From the NCBI GenBank assembly GCA_964016885.1, contig OZ024741.1:259222001-259286000 (forward strand): a DNA stretch of 64,000 bases, in the 5' to 3' direction. The stretch's first letter is position 1, and each line of letters opens with the position of its first letter. The notes beneath the pieces were generated by a model, which saw nothing but the letters and a program-made list of their open reading frames with translations, made no database searches and had not been told where the DNA came from. The position numbers and the translations under genes are program-made. Source of the DNA: Eledone cirrhosa. Lineage: Eukaryota. Positions 38,101 to 53,533 of this stretch are shown in pieces.

Positions 38101-41100
38101 GAAACACTCGTAAGCCGAAACACCCGTCAGTTAAAACACCCGTAAGTCGAAACACTCGTAAGTCAAAACTCTCGTACGCCGAAACACTCGTAAGTAAAAA
38201 CATTAGTAAGTCGAAACACTCGTAAGCCGAAACACTCATAAGTCGAAACACTCGTAAGCCGAAACACCCGTAAGTCAAAACATTCGTAAGTCAAAACACT
38301 CGTAAGTCGAAACACCCGTAAGTCGAAACACTCGTATGTCGAAACACTCGTAAGCCGAAACACCGTAAGTAAAAACACTCGTAAGTCGAAACACCCACAA
38401 GTCGAAACACTCGTAAGCCGAAACACTCGTAAGTCGAAACACTCATAAGCCGAAACACTCGTAAGACGGAACACTCGTAAATCAGAACACCCGCAAGTCA
38501 GAACACTCGTATCGAAACACTCGTATGTCAAAACACCCGTAAGTCAAAACACTCGTAAGTCGAAACACTCGTAAGCCGAAACACCGTAAGTAAAAAAACT
38601 CGTAAGTCGAAATACTCGTAAGTCGAAACACTCGTAAGCCGAAACAATCGTAATTCAAAACACTCGTAAGTCGAAACACTCGTAAGCCGAAACAATCGTA
38701 AGTCGAAACACTCGTAAGCCGAAAATACTCGTAAGTCGGAACACCCGTAAGCCGAAACACTCGTATGTCGAAACACTCGTAAGCCGAAACAACATAAGTA
38801 AAAACACTCGTAAGTCGAAACACCCATAAGTCGAAACACTCGTAAGCCGAAACACTCGTAAGTCGAAACACTCATAAGCCGAAACACTCGTAAGTCGGAA
38901 CACTCGTAAATCAGAACACCCGCAAGTCAGAACACTCGTAAATCAGAACACTCTTAAGTCGAAACTCACGTACGCCGAAACACTCGTAAGTCGAAACACT
39001 CGTAAGTCGAAACATCCTTAAGTCGAAACACTCGTACACCGAAACACTCGTAAGTATAAACATTAGTAAGTCGAAACACTCGTATGTCGAAACACTCGTA
39101 AACCGAAACACTCGTAAGTCGGAACACTCGTAAGTCAGAACACTCGTAAGTCAGAACACTCGTAAGTCGAAACACTCATAAGTCGAAACACTCGTAAGTC
39201 GAAACACCCGTAAGTCGAAACACCCGTAAGTCGAAACACTCGTATGTCGAATAACTCGTAAGCCGAAACACCGTAAGTCAAAACACTCGTAAGTCGAAAC
39301 ACTCGTAAACCGAAACACTCGTAAGCCAAAACATTCGTAAGTCTAAACACTCGTAAGTCGAAACACCCATAGCCGAAACACTTGTAAGTCTGAACACACG
39401 TAAGTCAGAACACCCGTAAGTCAGAACACTCGTAAGTCAGAACACTCGTAAGTCAGAACACTCGTAAGTCAGAGCACTCGTATCGAAACACTCGTATGTC
39501 AAAACACCCGTAAGTCAAAACACTCGTAAGTCGAAACACTCGTAAGCCGAAACACCGTAAGCCAAAACACTCGTAAGTCGAAACATCCGTAAGTCGGAAC
39601 ACTCGTAAGTCGAAACACTCGTAAGTCGAAACACTCGTAAGCCGAAACACTCGTAAGCCGAAACACTCGTAAGTCGGAACACTCGTAAGTCGGAACACTC
39701 GTAAGTCAGAACACTCGTAAGTCAGAACACTCGTAAGTCAGAACACTCGTAAGTCAGAACACTCGTATCGAAACACTCGTATGTCAAAACACCCGTAAGT
39801 CAAAACACTCGTAAGTCGAAACACTCGTAAGTCGAAACATTCGTATGTCGAAACATCCGTAAATCAGAACACTCGTAAGTCGAAACACTCGTAAGTCGAA
39901 ACACTCGTAAGCCGAAACACTCGTAAGTCGAAGCACTCGTATCGAAACACTCGTAAGTCGAAACACCCTTAAGTCAAAACACTCGTAAGCCAAAACACTC
40001 GTAAGTCGAAACACTCGTAAGTCGGAACACTCGTAAGTCAGAACACTCGTAAGTCAGAACACTCGTAAGTGGAAACACGCGTAAGTCGAAACACTCATAA
40101 GTCGAAACACTCGTAAGTCGAAACACCCGTAAGTCGAAACACCCGTAAGTCGAAACACTCGTATGTCGAATAACTCGTAAGCCGAAACACCGTAAGTCAA
40201 AACACTCGTAAGTCGAAACACTCGTAAGTCGAAACACCCATAAGCCGAAACACTCGTAAGCCAAAACATTCGTAAGTCGAAACACTCGTAAACCGAAACA
40301 CTCGTAAGCCAAAACATTCGTAAGTCGAAACACTCGTAAGTCGAAACACCCATAGCCGAAACACTCGTAAGTCTGAACACACGTAAGTCAGAACAGCCGT
40401 AAGTCAGAACACTCGTAAGTCAGAACACTCGTAAGTCAGAACACTCGTAAGTCAGAGCACTCGTATCGAAACACTCGTATGTCAAAACACCCGTAAGTCA
40501 AAACACTCGTAAGTCGAAACACTCGTAAGTCGAAACACTCGTATGTCGAAACATCCGTAAATCAGAACACTCGTAAGTCGAAACACTCGTAAGTCGAAAC
40601 ACTCGTAAGCCGAAACACTCGTAAGTCGAAGCACTCGTATCGAAACACTCGTAAGTCGAAACACCCTTAAGTCAAAACACTCGTAAGCCAAAACACTCGT
40701 AAGTCGAAACACTCGTAAGTCGGAACACTCGTAAGTCAGAACACTCGTAAGTCAGAACACTCGTAAGTGGAAACACGCGTAAGTCGAAAGACCCGTAAGT
40801 CAAAAATCTCGTAAGTCAAAACACTCGTAAGCCGAAACACTCGTAAGTCGAAACACTCGTAAGTCGAAACACCCGTAAGTCGGAACACTCGTAAGTCAGA
40901 ATACTCGTAAGTCAAAACACTCGTAAACCGGAACACCCGTAAGGCAAAACATTCGCATGTCAAAACACTCGTAAGTCGAAACACTCGTAAGCCGAAACAC
41001 TCGTAAGTCGAAACACTCGTAAGTCGAAACACTCGTAAGTCGAAACACTCGTAAGTCAGTGCACCCGTAAGTCAGAACACTCGTAGTCAGAATACTCGTA

Positions 41101-44100
41101 AGTCGAAACACTCGTATGTCGAAACACCCGTAAGTCGAAACATCCGTAAGTCAAAACACTCGTATGTCGAAACACTCGTAAGCCGAAACACTCATAAGTC
41201 GAAACACTCGTAAGCCGAAACACCCGTAAGTCAAAACATTCGTAAGTCAAAACACTCGTAAGTCGAAACACCCGTAAGTCAAAACACTCGTATGTCGAAA
41301 CACTCGTAAGCCGAAACAACGTAAGTAAAAACACTCGTAAGTCGAAACACCCATAAGTCGAAACACTCGTAAGCCGAAACACTCGTAAGTCGAAACACTC
41401 ATAAGCCGAAACACTCGTAAGTCGGAACACTCGTAAATCAGAACACCCGCAAGTCAGAACACTCGTAAATCAGAACACTCTTAAGTCGAAACTCACGTAC
41501 GCTGAAACACTCGTAAGTCGAAACACTCGTAAGTCGAAACATCCTTAAGTCGAAACACTCGTACACCGAAACACTCGTAAGTATAAACATTAGTAAGTCG
41601 AAACACTCGTAAGCCGAAACACTCGTAAGTCGAAACACCCGTAAATCGAAACACCCGTAAGTCAAAACACTCGTATGTCGAAACACTCGTAAACCGAAAC
41701 ACTCGTAAGTCGGAACACTCGTAAGTCAGAACACTCGTAAGTCAGAACACTCGTAAGTCGAAACACTCATAAGTCGAAACACTCGTAAGTCGAAACACCC
41801 GTAAGTCGAAACCCCCGTAAGTCGAAACACTCGTATGTCGAATAACTCGTAAGCTGAAACACCGTAAGTCAAAACACTCGTAAGTCAAAACACTCGTAAG
41901 TCGAAACACCCATAAGCCGAAACACTCGTAAGCCAAAACATTCGTAAGTCGAAACACTCGTAAGCCGAAACACTCGTAAGCCGAAACACTCGTAAGTCGG
42001 AACACTCGTAAGTCGGAACACTCGTAAGTCAGAACACTCGTAAGTCAGAACACTCGTAAGTCAGAACACTCGTAAGTCGAAACACTCGTATCGAAACACT
42101 CGTATGTCAAAACACCAGTAAGTCGAAACACTCGTATCGAAACACTCGTATGTCAAAACACCAGTAAGTCAAAACACTCGTAAGTCGAAACACTCGTAAG
42201 CCGAAACACCGTAAGTCGAAACACCCGTATGTCGAAACACTCGTAAGCCGAAACACTCGTAAGTCGAAACACTCGTAGTCGAAACACTCGTAAGTCGAAA
42301 CACCCGTAAGTCGAAACACTCGTAAGTCGAAACACTCGTAAGCCGAAACACTCGTAAGTCGAAACACTCATAAGCCGAAACACTCGTAAGTCGAAACACT
42401 CGTAAGTCAGAACACTCGTAGTCAGAACACTCGTAAGTCAAACCACTCGTAAGCCGAAACACTCGTAAGTCGAAACACTCGTAAGTCGAAACACTCGTAA
42501 GTCGAAAAACTCGTAAGCCGGAACACTCGTAAGTCAGAACACTCGTAAGTCAGAACACTCGTAAGTCGAAACACTCGTAAGCCGAAACACCCGTAAGTCG
42601 AAACATTCGTAAGTCGAAACACCCGTAAGTCGAAACACTCGTAAGTCGAAACACTCGTAAGTCGAAACACCGTAAGTCAAAACACTCGTATGTCGAAACA
42701 TCCGTAAATCAGAACACTCCTAAGTCAAAACACTCGTAAGTCGAAACACTCGTAAGTCAAAAATACTCGTAAGTCGAAACACCCTTAAGTAAAAACACTC
42801 GTAAGTCGAAACACTCGTAAGCCGAAACACCCGTCAGTTAAAACACCCGTAAGTCGAAACACTCGTAAGTCAAAACTCTCGTACGCCGAAACACTCGTAA
42901 GTAAAAACATTAGTAAGTCGAAACACTCGTAAGCCGAAACACTCATGAGTCGAAACACTCGTAAGCCGAAACACCCGTAAGTCAAAACATTCGTAAGTCA
43001 AAACACTCGTAAGTCGAAACACCCGTAAGTCGAAACACTCGTATGTCGAAACACTCGTAAGCCGAAACACCGTAAGTAAAAACACTCGTAAGTCGAAACA
43101 CCCACAAGTCGAAACACTCGTAAGCCGAAACACTCGTAAGTCGAAACACTCATAAGCCGAAACACTCGTAAGTCGGAACACTCGTAAATCAGAACACCCG
43201 CAAGTCAGAACACTCGTATCGAAACACTCGTATGTCAAAACACCCGTAAGTCAAAACACTCGTAAGTCGAAACACTCGTAAGCCGAAACACCGTAAGTAA
43301 AAAAACTCGTAAGTCGAAATACTCGTAAGTCGAAACACTCGTAAGCCGAAACAATCGTAATTCAAAACACTCGTAAGTCGAAACACTCGTAAGCCGAAAC
43401 AATCGTAAGTCGAAACACTCGTAAGCCGAAAATACTCGTAAGTCGGAACACCCGTAAGCCGAAACACTCGTATGTCGAAACACTCGTAAGCCGAAACAAC
43501 ATAAGTAAAAACACTCGTAAGTCGAAACACCCATAAGTCGAAACACTCGTAAGCCGAAACACTCGTAAGTCGAAACACTCATAAGCCGAAACACTCGTAA
43601 GTCGGAACACTCGTAAATCAGAACACCCGCAAGTCAGAACACTCGTAAATCAGAACACTCTTAAGTCGAAACTCACGTACGCCGAAACACTCGTAAGTCG
43701 AAACACTCGTAAGTCGAAACATCCTTAAGTCGAAACACTCGTACACCGAAACACTCGTAAGTATAAACATTAGTAAGTCGAAACACTCGTATGTCGAAAC
43801 ACTCGTAAACCGAAACACTCGTAAGTCGGAACACTCGTAAGTCAGAACACTCGTAAGTCAGAACACTCGTAAGTCGAAACACTCATAAGTCGAAACACTC
43901 GTAAGTCGAAACACCCGTAAGTCGAAACACCCGTAAGTCGAAACACTCGTATGTCGAATAACTCGTAAGCCGAAACACCGTAAGTCAAAACACTCGTAAG
44001 TCGAAACACTCGTAAGTCGAAACACCCATAAGCCGAAACATTCGTAAGCCAAAACATTCGTAAGTCGAAACACTCGTAAACCGAAACACTCGTAAGCAAA

Positions 44101-47100
44101 AACATTCGTAAGTCTAAACACTCGTAAGTCGAAACACCCATAGCCGAAACACTTGTAAGTCTGAACACACGTAAGTCAGAACACCCGTAAGTCAGAACAC
44201 TCGTAAGTCAGAACACTCGTAAGTCAGAACACTCGTAAGTCAGAGCACTCGTATCGAAACACTCGTATGTCAAAACACCCGTAAGTCAAAACACTCGTAA
44301 GTCGAAACACTCGTAAGCCGAAACACCGTAAGCCAAAACACTCGTAAGTCGAAACATCCGTAAGTCGGAACACTCGTAAGTCGAAACACTCGTAAGTCGA
44401 AACACTCGTAAGCCGAAACACTCGTAAGCCGAAACACTCGTAAGTCGGAACACTCGTAAGTCGGAACACTCGTAAGTCAGAACACTCGTAAGTCAGAACA
44501 CTCGTAAGTCAGAACACTCGTAAGTCAGAACACTCGTAAGTCGAAACACTCGTATCGAAACACTCGTATGTCAAAACACCCGTAAGTCAAAACACTCGTA
44601 AGTCGAAACACTCGTAAGTCGAAACATTCGTATGTCGAAACATCCGTAAATCAGAACACTCGTAAGTCGAAACACTCGTAAGTCGAAACACTCGTAAGCC
44701 GAAACACTCGTAAGTCGAAGCACTCGTATCGAAACACTCGTAAGTCGAAACACCCTTAAGTCAAAACACTCGTAAGCCAAAACACTCGTAAGTCGAAACA
44801 CTCGTAAGTCGGAACACTCGTAAGTCAGAACACTCGTAAGTCAGAACACTCGTAAGTGGAAACACGCGTAAGTCGAAACACTCATAAGTCGAAACACTCG
44901 TAAGTCGAAACACCCGTAAGTCGAAACACCCGTAAGTCGAAACACTCGTATGTCGAATAACTCGTAAGCCGAAACACCGTAAGTCAAAACACTCGTAAGT
45001 CGAAACACTCGTAAGTCGAAACACCCATAAGCCGAAACACTCGTAAGCCAAAACATTCGTAAGTCGAAACACTCGTAAACCGAAACACTCGTAAGCCAAA
45101 ACATTCGTAAGTCGAAACACTCGTAAGTCGAAACACCCATAGCCGAAACACTCGTAAGTCTGAACACACGTAAGTCAGAACAGCCGTAAGTCAGAACACT
45201 CGTAAGTCAGAACACTCGTAAGTCAGAACACTCGTAAGTCAGAGCACTCGTATCGAAACACTCGTATGTCAAAACACCCGTAAGTCAAAACACTCGTAAG
45301 TCGAAACACTCGTAAGTCGAAACACTCGTATGTCGAAACATCCGTAAATCAGAACACTCGTAAGTCGAAACACTCGTAAGTCGAAACACTCGTAAGCCGA
45401 AACACTCGTAAGTCGAAGCACTCGTATCGAAACACTCGTAAGTCGAAACACCCTTAAGTCAAAACACTCGTAAGCCAAAACACTCGTAAGTCGAAACACT
45501 CGTAAGTCGGAACACTCGTAAGTCAGAACACTCGTAAGTCAGAACACTCGTAAGTGGAAACACGCGTAAGTCGAAAGACCCGTAAGTCAAAAATCTCGTA
45601 AGTCAAAACACTCGTAAGCCGAAACACTCGTAAGTCGAAACACTCGTAAGTCGAAACACCCGTAAGTCGGAACACTCGTAAGTCAGAATACTCGTAAGTC
45701 AAAACACTCGTAAACCGGAACACCCGTAAGGCAAAACATTCGCATGTCAAAACACTCGTAAGTCGAAACACTCGTAAGCCGAAACACTCGTAAGTCGAAA
45801 CACTCGTAAGTCGAAACACTCGTAAGTCGAAACACTCGTAAGTCAGTGCACCCGTAAGTCAGAACACTCGTAGTCAGAATACTCGTAAGTCGAAACACTC
45901 GTATGTCGAAACACCCGTAAGTCGAAACATCCGTAAGTCAAAACACTCGTATGTCGAAACACTCGTAAGCCGAAACACTCATAAGTCGAAACACTCGTAA
46001 GCCGAAACACCCGTAAGTCAAAACATTCGTAAGTCAAAACACTCGTAAGTCGAAACACCCGTAAGTCAAAACACTCGTATGTCGAAACACTCGTAAGCCG
46101 AAACAACGTAAGTAAAAACACTCGTAAGTCGAAACACCCATAAGTCGAAACACTCGTAAGCCGAAACACTCGTAAGTCGAAACACTCATAAGCCGAAACA
46201 CTCGTAAGTCGGAACACTCGTAAATCAGAACACCCGCAAGTCAGAACACTCGTAAATCAGAACACTCTTAAGTCGAAACTCACGTACGCTGAAACACTCG
46301 TAAGTCGAAACACTCGTAAGTCGAAACATCCTTAAGTCGAAACACTCGTACACCGAAACACTCGTAAGTATAAACATTAGTAAGTCGAAACACTCGTAAG
46401 CCGAAACACTCGTAAGTCGAAACACCCGTAAATCGAAACACCCGTAAGTCAAAACACTCGTATGTCGAAACACTCGTAAACCGAAACACTCGTAAGTCGG
46501 AACACTCGTAAGTCAGAACACTCGTAAGTCAGAACACTCGTAAGTCGAAACACTCATAAGTCGAAACACTCGTAAGTCGAAACACCCGTAAGTCGAAACC
46601 CCCGTAAGTCGAAACACTCGTATGTCGAATAACTCGTAAGCCGAAACACCGTAAGTCAAAACACTCGTAAGTCAAAACACTCGTAAGTCGAAACACCCAT
46701 AAGCCGAAACACTCGTAAGCCAAAACATTCGTAAGTCGAAACACTCGTAAACCGAAACACTCGTAAGCCAAAACATTCGTAAGTCGAAACACTCGTAAGT
46801 CGAAACACCCATAGCCGAAACACTCGTAAGTCGGAACACACGTAAGTCAGAACACCCGTAAGTCAGAACACTCGTAAGTCAGAACACTCGTAAGTCAGAG
46901 CACTCGTATCGAAACACTCGTATGTCAAAACACCCGTAAGTCAAAACACTCGTAAGTCGAAACACTCGTAAGCCGAAACACCGTAAGCCAAAACACTCGT
47001 AAGTCGAAACACCCGTAAGTCGGAACACTCGTAAGTCGAAACACTCGTAAGTCGAAACACTCGTAAGCCGAAACACTCGTAAGCCGAAACACTCGTAAGT

Positions 47101-50100
47101 CGGAACACTCGTAAGTCGGAACACTCGTAAGTCAGAACACTCGTAAGTCAGAACACTCGTAAGTCAGAACACTCGTAAGTCAGAATACTCGTAAGTCGAA
47201 ACACCCGTAAGTCGAAACACCCGTAAGTCGAAACACTCGTATGTCGAATAACTCGTAAGCCGAAACACCGTAAGTCAAAACACTCGTAAGTCGAAACACT
47301 CGTAAGTCGAAACACCCATAAGCCGAAACACTCGTAAGCCAAAACATTCGTAAGTCGAAACACTCGTAAACCGAAACACTCGTAAGCCAAAATATTCGTA
47401 AGTCGAAACACTCGTAAGTCGAAACACCCATAGCCGAAACACTTGTAAGTCTGAACACACGTAAGTCAGAACACCCGTAAGTCAGAACACTCGTAAGTCA
47501 GAACACTCGTAAGTCAGAACACTCGTAAGTCAGAGCACTCGTATCGAAACACTCGTATGTCAAAACACCCGTAAGTCAAAACACTCGTAAGTCGAAACAC
47601 TCGTAAGCCGAAACACCGTAAGCCAAAACACTCGTAAGTCGAAACACCCGTAAGTCGGAACACTCGTAAGTCGAAACACTCGTAAGTCGAAACACTCGTA
47701 AGCCGAAACACTCGTAAGCCGAAACACTCGTAAGTCGGAACACTCGTAAGTCGGAACACTCGTAAGTCAGAACACTCGTAAGTCAGAACACTCGTAAGTC
47801 AGAACACTCGTAAGTCGAAACACTCGTATCGAAACACTCGTATGTCAAAACACCAGTAAGTCGAAACACTCGTATCGAAACACTCGTATGTCAAAACACC
47901 AGTAAGTCAAAACACTCGTAAGTCGAAACACTCGTAAGCCGAAACACCGTAAGTCGAAACACCCGTATGTCGAAACACTCGTAAGCCGAAACACTCGTAA
48001 GTCGAAACACTCGTAGTCGAAACACTCGTAAGTCGAAACACCCGTAAGTCGAAACACTCGTAAGTCGAAACACTCGTAAGCCGAAACACTCGTAAGTCGA
48101 AACACTCATAAGCCGAAACACTCGTAAGTCGAAACACTCGTAAGTCAGAACACTCGTAGTCAGAACACTCGTAAGTCAAACCACTCGTAAGCCGAAACAC
48201 TCGTAAGTCGAAACACTCGTAAGTCGAAACACTCGTAAGTCGAAAAACTCGTAAGCCGGAACACTCGTAAGTCAGAACACTCGTAAGTCAGAACACTCGT
48301 AAGTCGAAACATCCGTAAATCAGAACACTCCTAAGTCAAAACACTCGTAAGTCGAAACACTCGTAAGTCAAAAATACTCGTAAGTCGAAACACCCTTAAG
48401 TAAAAACACTCGTAAGTCGAAACACTCGTAAGCCGAAACACCCGTCAGTTAAAACACCCGTAAGTCGAAACACTCGTAAGTCAAAACTCTCGTACGCCGA
48501 AACACTCGTAAGTAAAAACATTAGTAAGTCGAAACACTCGTAAGCCGAAAGACTCATAAGTCGAAACACTCGTAAGCCGAAACACCCGTAAGTCAAAACA
48601 TTCGTAAGTCAAAACACTCGTAAGTCGAAACACCCGTAAGTCGAAACACTCGTATGTCGAAACACTCGTAAGCCGAAACACCGTAAGTAAAAACACTCGT
48701 AAGTCGAAACACCCACAAGTCGAAACACTCGTAAGCCGAAACACTCGTAAGTCGAAACACTCATAAGCCGAAACACTCGTAAGTCGGAACACTCGTAAAT
48801 CAGAACACCCGCAAGTCAGAACACTCGTATCGAAACACTCGTATGTCAAAACACCCGTAAGTCAAAACACTCGTAAGTCGAAACACTCGTAAGCCGAAAC
48901 ACCGTAAGTAAAAAAACTCGTAAGTCGAAATACTCGTAAGTCGAAACACTCGTAAGCCGAAACAATCGTAATTCAAAACACTCGTAAGTCGAAACACTCG
49001 TAAGTCGAAACACTCGTAAGCCGAAACACTCGTAAGCCGAAACACTCGTAAGTCGGAACACTCGTAAGTCGGAACACTCGTAAGTCAGAACACTCGTAAG
49101 TCAGAACACTCGTAAGTCAGAACACTCGTAAGTCAGAACACTCGTAAGTCGAAACACTCGTATCGAAACACTCGTATGTCAAAACACCCGTAAGTCAAAA
49201 CACTCGTAAGTCGAAACACTCGTAAGTCGAAACATTCGTATGTCGAAACATCCGTAAATCAGAACACTCGTAAGTCGAAACACTCGTAAGTCGAAACACT
49301 CGTAAGCCGAAACACTCGTAAGTCGAAGCACTCGTATCGAAACACTCGTAAGTCGAAACACCCTTAGTCAAAACACTCGTAAGCCAAAAGACTCGTAAGT
49401 CGAAACACTCGTAAGTCGGAACACTCGTAAGTCAGAACACTCGTAAGTCAGAACACTCGTAAGTGGAAACACGCGTAAGTCGAAACACTCATAAGTCGAA
49501 ACACTCGTAAGTCGAAACACCCGTAAGTCGAAACACCCGTAAGTCGAAACACTCGTATGTCGAATAACTCGTAAGCCGAAACACCGTAAGTCAAAACACT
49601 CGTAAGTCGAAACACTCGTAAGTCGAAACACCCATAAGCCGAAACACTCGTAAGCCAAAACATTCGTAAGTCGAAACACTCGTAAACCGAAACACTCGTA
49701 AGCCAAAACATTCGTAAGTCGAAACACTCGTAAGTTGAAACACCCATAGCCGAAACACTCGTAAGTCTGAACACACGTAAGTCAGAACAGCCGTAAGTCA
49801 GAACACTCGTAAGTCAGAACACTCGTAAGTCAGAACACTCGTAAGTCAGAGCACTCGTATCGAAACACTCGTATGTCAAAACACCCGTAAGTCAAAACAC
49901 TCGTAAGTCGAAACACTCGTAAGCCGAAACACCGTAAGCCAAAACACTCGTAAGTCGAAACACCCGTAAGTCGGAACACTCGTAAGTCGAAACACTCGTA
50001 AGTCGAAACACTCGTAAGCCGAAACACTCGTAAGCCGAAACACTCGTAAGTCGGAACACTCGTAAGTCGGAACACTCGTAAGTCAGAACACTCGTAAGTC

Positions 50101-51390
50101 AGAACACTCGTAAGTCAGAACACTCGTAAGTCAGAACACTCGTAAGTCGAAACACTCGTATCGAAACACTCGTATGTCAAAACACCCGTAAGTCAAAACA
50201 CTCGTAAGTCGAAACACTCGTAAGTCGAAACACTCGTATGTCGAAACATCCGTAAATCAGAACACTCGTAAGTCGAAACACTCGTAAGTCGAAACACTCG
50301 TAAGTCAGAACACTCGTAAGTCAGAACACTCGTAAGTGGAAACACGCGTAAGTCGAAACAGTCATAAGTCGAAACACTCGTAAGTCGAAACACCCGTAAG
50401 TCGAAACACCCGTAAGTCGAAACACTCGTATGTCGAATAACTCGTAAGCCGAAACACCGTAAGTCAAAACACTCGTAAGTCGAAACACTCGTAAGTCGAA
50501 ACACCCATAAGCCGAAACACTCGTAAGCCAAAACATTCGTAAGTCGAAACACTCGTAAGTCGAAACACCCATAGCCGAAACACTCGTAAGTCTGAACACA
50601 CGTAAGTCAGAACAGCCGTAAGTCAGAGCACTCGTAAGTCAGAACACTCGTAAGTCAGAACACTCGTAAGTCAGAGCACTCGTATCGAAACACTCGTATG
50701 TCAAAATACCCGTAAGTCAAAACACTCGTAAGTCGAAACACTCGTAAGCCGAAACACCGTAAGCCAAAACACTCGTAAGTCGAAACACCCGTAAGTCGGA
50801 ACACTCGTAAGTCGAAACACTCGTAAGTCGAAACACTCGTAAGCCGAAACACTCGTAAGCCGAAACACTCGTAAGTCGGAACACTCGTAAGTCGGAACAC
50901 TCGTAAGTCAGAACACTCGTAAGTCAGAACACTCGTAAGTCAGAACACTCGTAAGTCGAAACACTCGTATCGAAACACTCGTATGTCAAAACACCCGTAA
51001 GTCAAAACACTCGTAAGTCGAAACACTCGTAAGTCGAAACACTCGTATGTCGAAACATCCGTAAATCAGAACACTCGTAAGTCGAAACACTCGTAAGTCG
51101 AAACACTCGTAAGCCGAAACACTCGTAAGTCGAAGCACTCGTATCGAAACACTCGTAAGTCGAAACACCCTTAAGTCAAAACACTCGTAAGCCAAAACAC
51201 TCGTAAGTCGAAACACTCGTAAGTCGGAACACTCGTAAGTCAGAACACTCGTAAGTCAGAACACTCGTAAGTGGAAACACGCGTAAGTCGAAAGACCCGT
51301 AAGTCAAAAATCTCGTAAGTCAAAACACTCGTAAGCCGAAACACTCGTAAGTCGAAACACTCGTAAGTCGAAACATTCGTAAAGCGAAAC
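29110..51390 (+). repeat. Insert-free domain: ~4.7-kb higher-order repeat (HOR-2), about four tandem copies plus flanking modules
   Basis: Marker GTGCAC at 31694, 36336, 41059 and 45846 (periods 4642, 4723, 4787 bp). The artefactual ORF pattern repeats with the same periods. No 69-bp element in 22.3 kb. Confidence 0.9.
44355..49004 (+). repeat. Near-exact long-range duplicate of 1-4650 (offset 44,354 bp)
   Basis: ORF-track coordinates from 217 to 4446 recur at exactly +44,354. Rare variants are shared (CCAAAATATTCG at ~3035 and ~47389; GCCGAAAGACTC at ~4190 and ~48544). Confidence 0.9.
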
Positions 51391-51459
51391 GTATAAATAA
51401 AGATGAATGTAATGAACTTGAAAAGCATAGATATTTGAAACCGCGTCCATTTGTTATTT
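51391..51459 (+). repeat. 69-bp element, allele A variant (copy 20)
   Basis: Allele A with two private substitutions (AGATGAAT, GCGTCCAT). Confidence 0.95.
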
Positions 51460-52587
51460 TCGTAAGTCGAAACACTCGTAAGTCAGAACACTCGTAAGTC
51501 AGAACACTCTTAAGTCAGAACACTCGTATCGAAACACGTATGTCAAAACACCCGTAAGTCAAAACACTCGTAAGTCGAAACACTCGTAAGTCGAAACACT
51601 CGTAAGCCGAAACAATCGTAAGTCAAAACACTCGTAAGTCGAAACACTCGTAAGCCGAAAATACTCGTAAGTCGGAACACCCGTAAGCCGAAACCCTCGT
51701 AGGTCGGAACACTCGTAAGTCGAAACACTCGTAAGTCGAAACACCCGTAAGTCGAAACACTCGTAAGTCGAAACACCCGTAAGTCGAAACATCCGTAAGT
51801 CAAAACACTCGTATGTCGAAACACTCGTAAGCCGAAACACTCGTAAGTCGGAACACTCGCAAGTCAGAACACTCGTAAGTCAGAACACTCGTAAGTCGAA
51901 ACACTCGTAAGTCGAAACACCCGTAAGTCGAAACGCCCGTAAGTCAAAACACTCGTATGTCGAAACACTCGCAAGCCGAAAAACCGTAAGTCAAAACACT
52001 CGTAAGTCGAAACACTCGTAAATCGAAACACTCGTAAGCCGAAACACTCGTAAGCGAAAACATTCGTTAGTCGAAACACTCGTAACCCGAAACACTCGTA
52101 AGTCGAAACACTCGAAAGCCGAAACACTCGTAAGTCGAAACACTCATAAGCCGAAACACTCGTAAGTCGGAACACTCGTAAGTCAGAACACCCGTAAATC
52201 AGAACACTCGTAGTCAGAACACTCGTAAGTCGAAACACTCGTAAGCCGAAACACTCGCAAGTCGAAGCACTCGTAATCCGAAACACTCTTAAGTCGAAAC
52301 ACTCGTAAGTCGGAACACTCGTAAGTCAGAACACTCGTAAGTCAGAACACTCGTAAGTCGAAACACTCGTAAGCCGAAACATCCGTAAGTCAAAACATCC
52401 GTAAGTCAAAACATTCGTAAGTCGAAACACCCGTAGTCGAAACACTCGCAAGTCGAAACACTCGTAAGTCGAAACACGCGTAAGTCGAAACACATGTAAG
52501 TCAAAACACTCGTAAGTCAAAACACTCGTAAGCCGAAACACTCGTAAGTCGAAACACTCGTAAGTCGAAACACTCGTAAAGCGAAAC

Positions 52588-52656
52588 GTATAAATAAATA
52601 TTAATGTAATGAATTTGAAAAGCATAGAGATTTGAAACCGCGTCTATTTGTTATTT
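52588..52656 (+). repeat. 69-bp element, allele B (copy 21)
   Basis: Matches copy 2. Confidence 0.95.
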
Positions 52657-53464
52657 TCGTAAGTCGAAACACTCGTAAGCCGAAACACTCGTGAGCCGAA
52701 ACACTCGTAAGTCGGAACACTCGTAAGTCAGAAAACTCGTAAGTCAGAACACTCGTAAGTTAGAACACTCGTAAGTCAGAACACTCGTAAGTCAGAACAC
52801 TCGTAAGTCGAAACACTCGTATCGAAACACTCGTATGTCAAAACACCCGTAAGTCAAAACACTCGTAAGTCGAAACACTCGTAAGTCGAAACACTCGTAA
52901 GCCGAAACACTCGTAAGCCGAAACACTCGTAAGTCGGAACACTCGTAAGTCGGAACACTCGTAAGTCAGAACACTCGTAAGTCAGAACACTCGTAAGTCA
53001 GAACACTCGTAAGTCAGAACACTCGTAAGTCGAAACACTTGTATCGAAACACTCGTATGTCAAAACACCCGTAAGTCAAAACACTCGTAAGTCGAAACAC
53101 TCGTAAGTCGAAACACTCGTACGTCGAAACATCCGTAAATCAGAACACTCGTAAGTCGAAACACTCGTAAGTCGAAACACTCGTAAGCCGAAACACTCGT
53201 AAGTCGAAGCACTCGTATCGAAACACTCGTAAGTCGAAACACCCTTAAGTCAAAACACTCGTAAGCCAAAACACTCGTAAGTCGAAACACTCGTAAGTCG
53301 GAACACTCGTAAGTCAGAACACTCGTAAGTCAGAACACTCGTAAGTGGAAACACGCGTAAGTCGAAAGACCCGTAAGTCAAAAATCTCGTAAGTCAAAAC
53401 ACTCGTAAGCCGAAACACTCGTAAGTCGAAACACTCGTAAGTCGAAACATTCGTAAAGCGAAAC

Positions 53465-53533
53465 GTATAAATAAAGATTAATGTAATGAACTTGAAAAGC
53501 ATAGATATTTGAAACCGCGTCTATTTGTTATTT
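53465..53533 (+). repeat. 69-bp element, allele A (copy 22)
   Basis: Matches copy 1. Confidence 0.95.
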
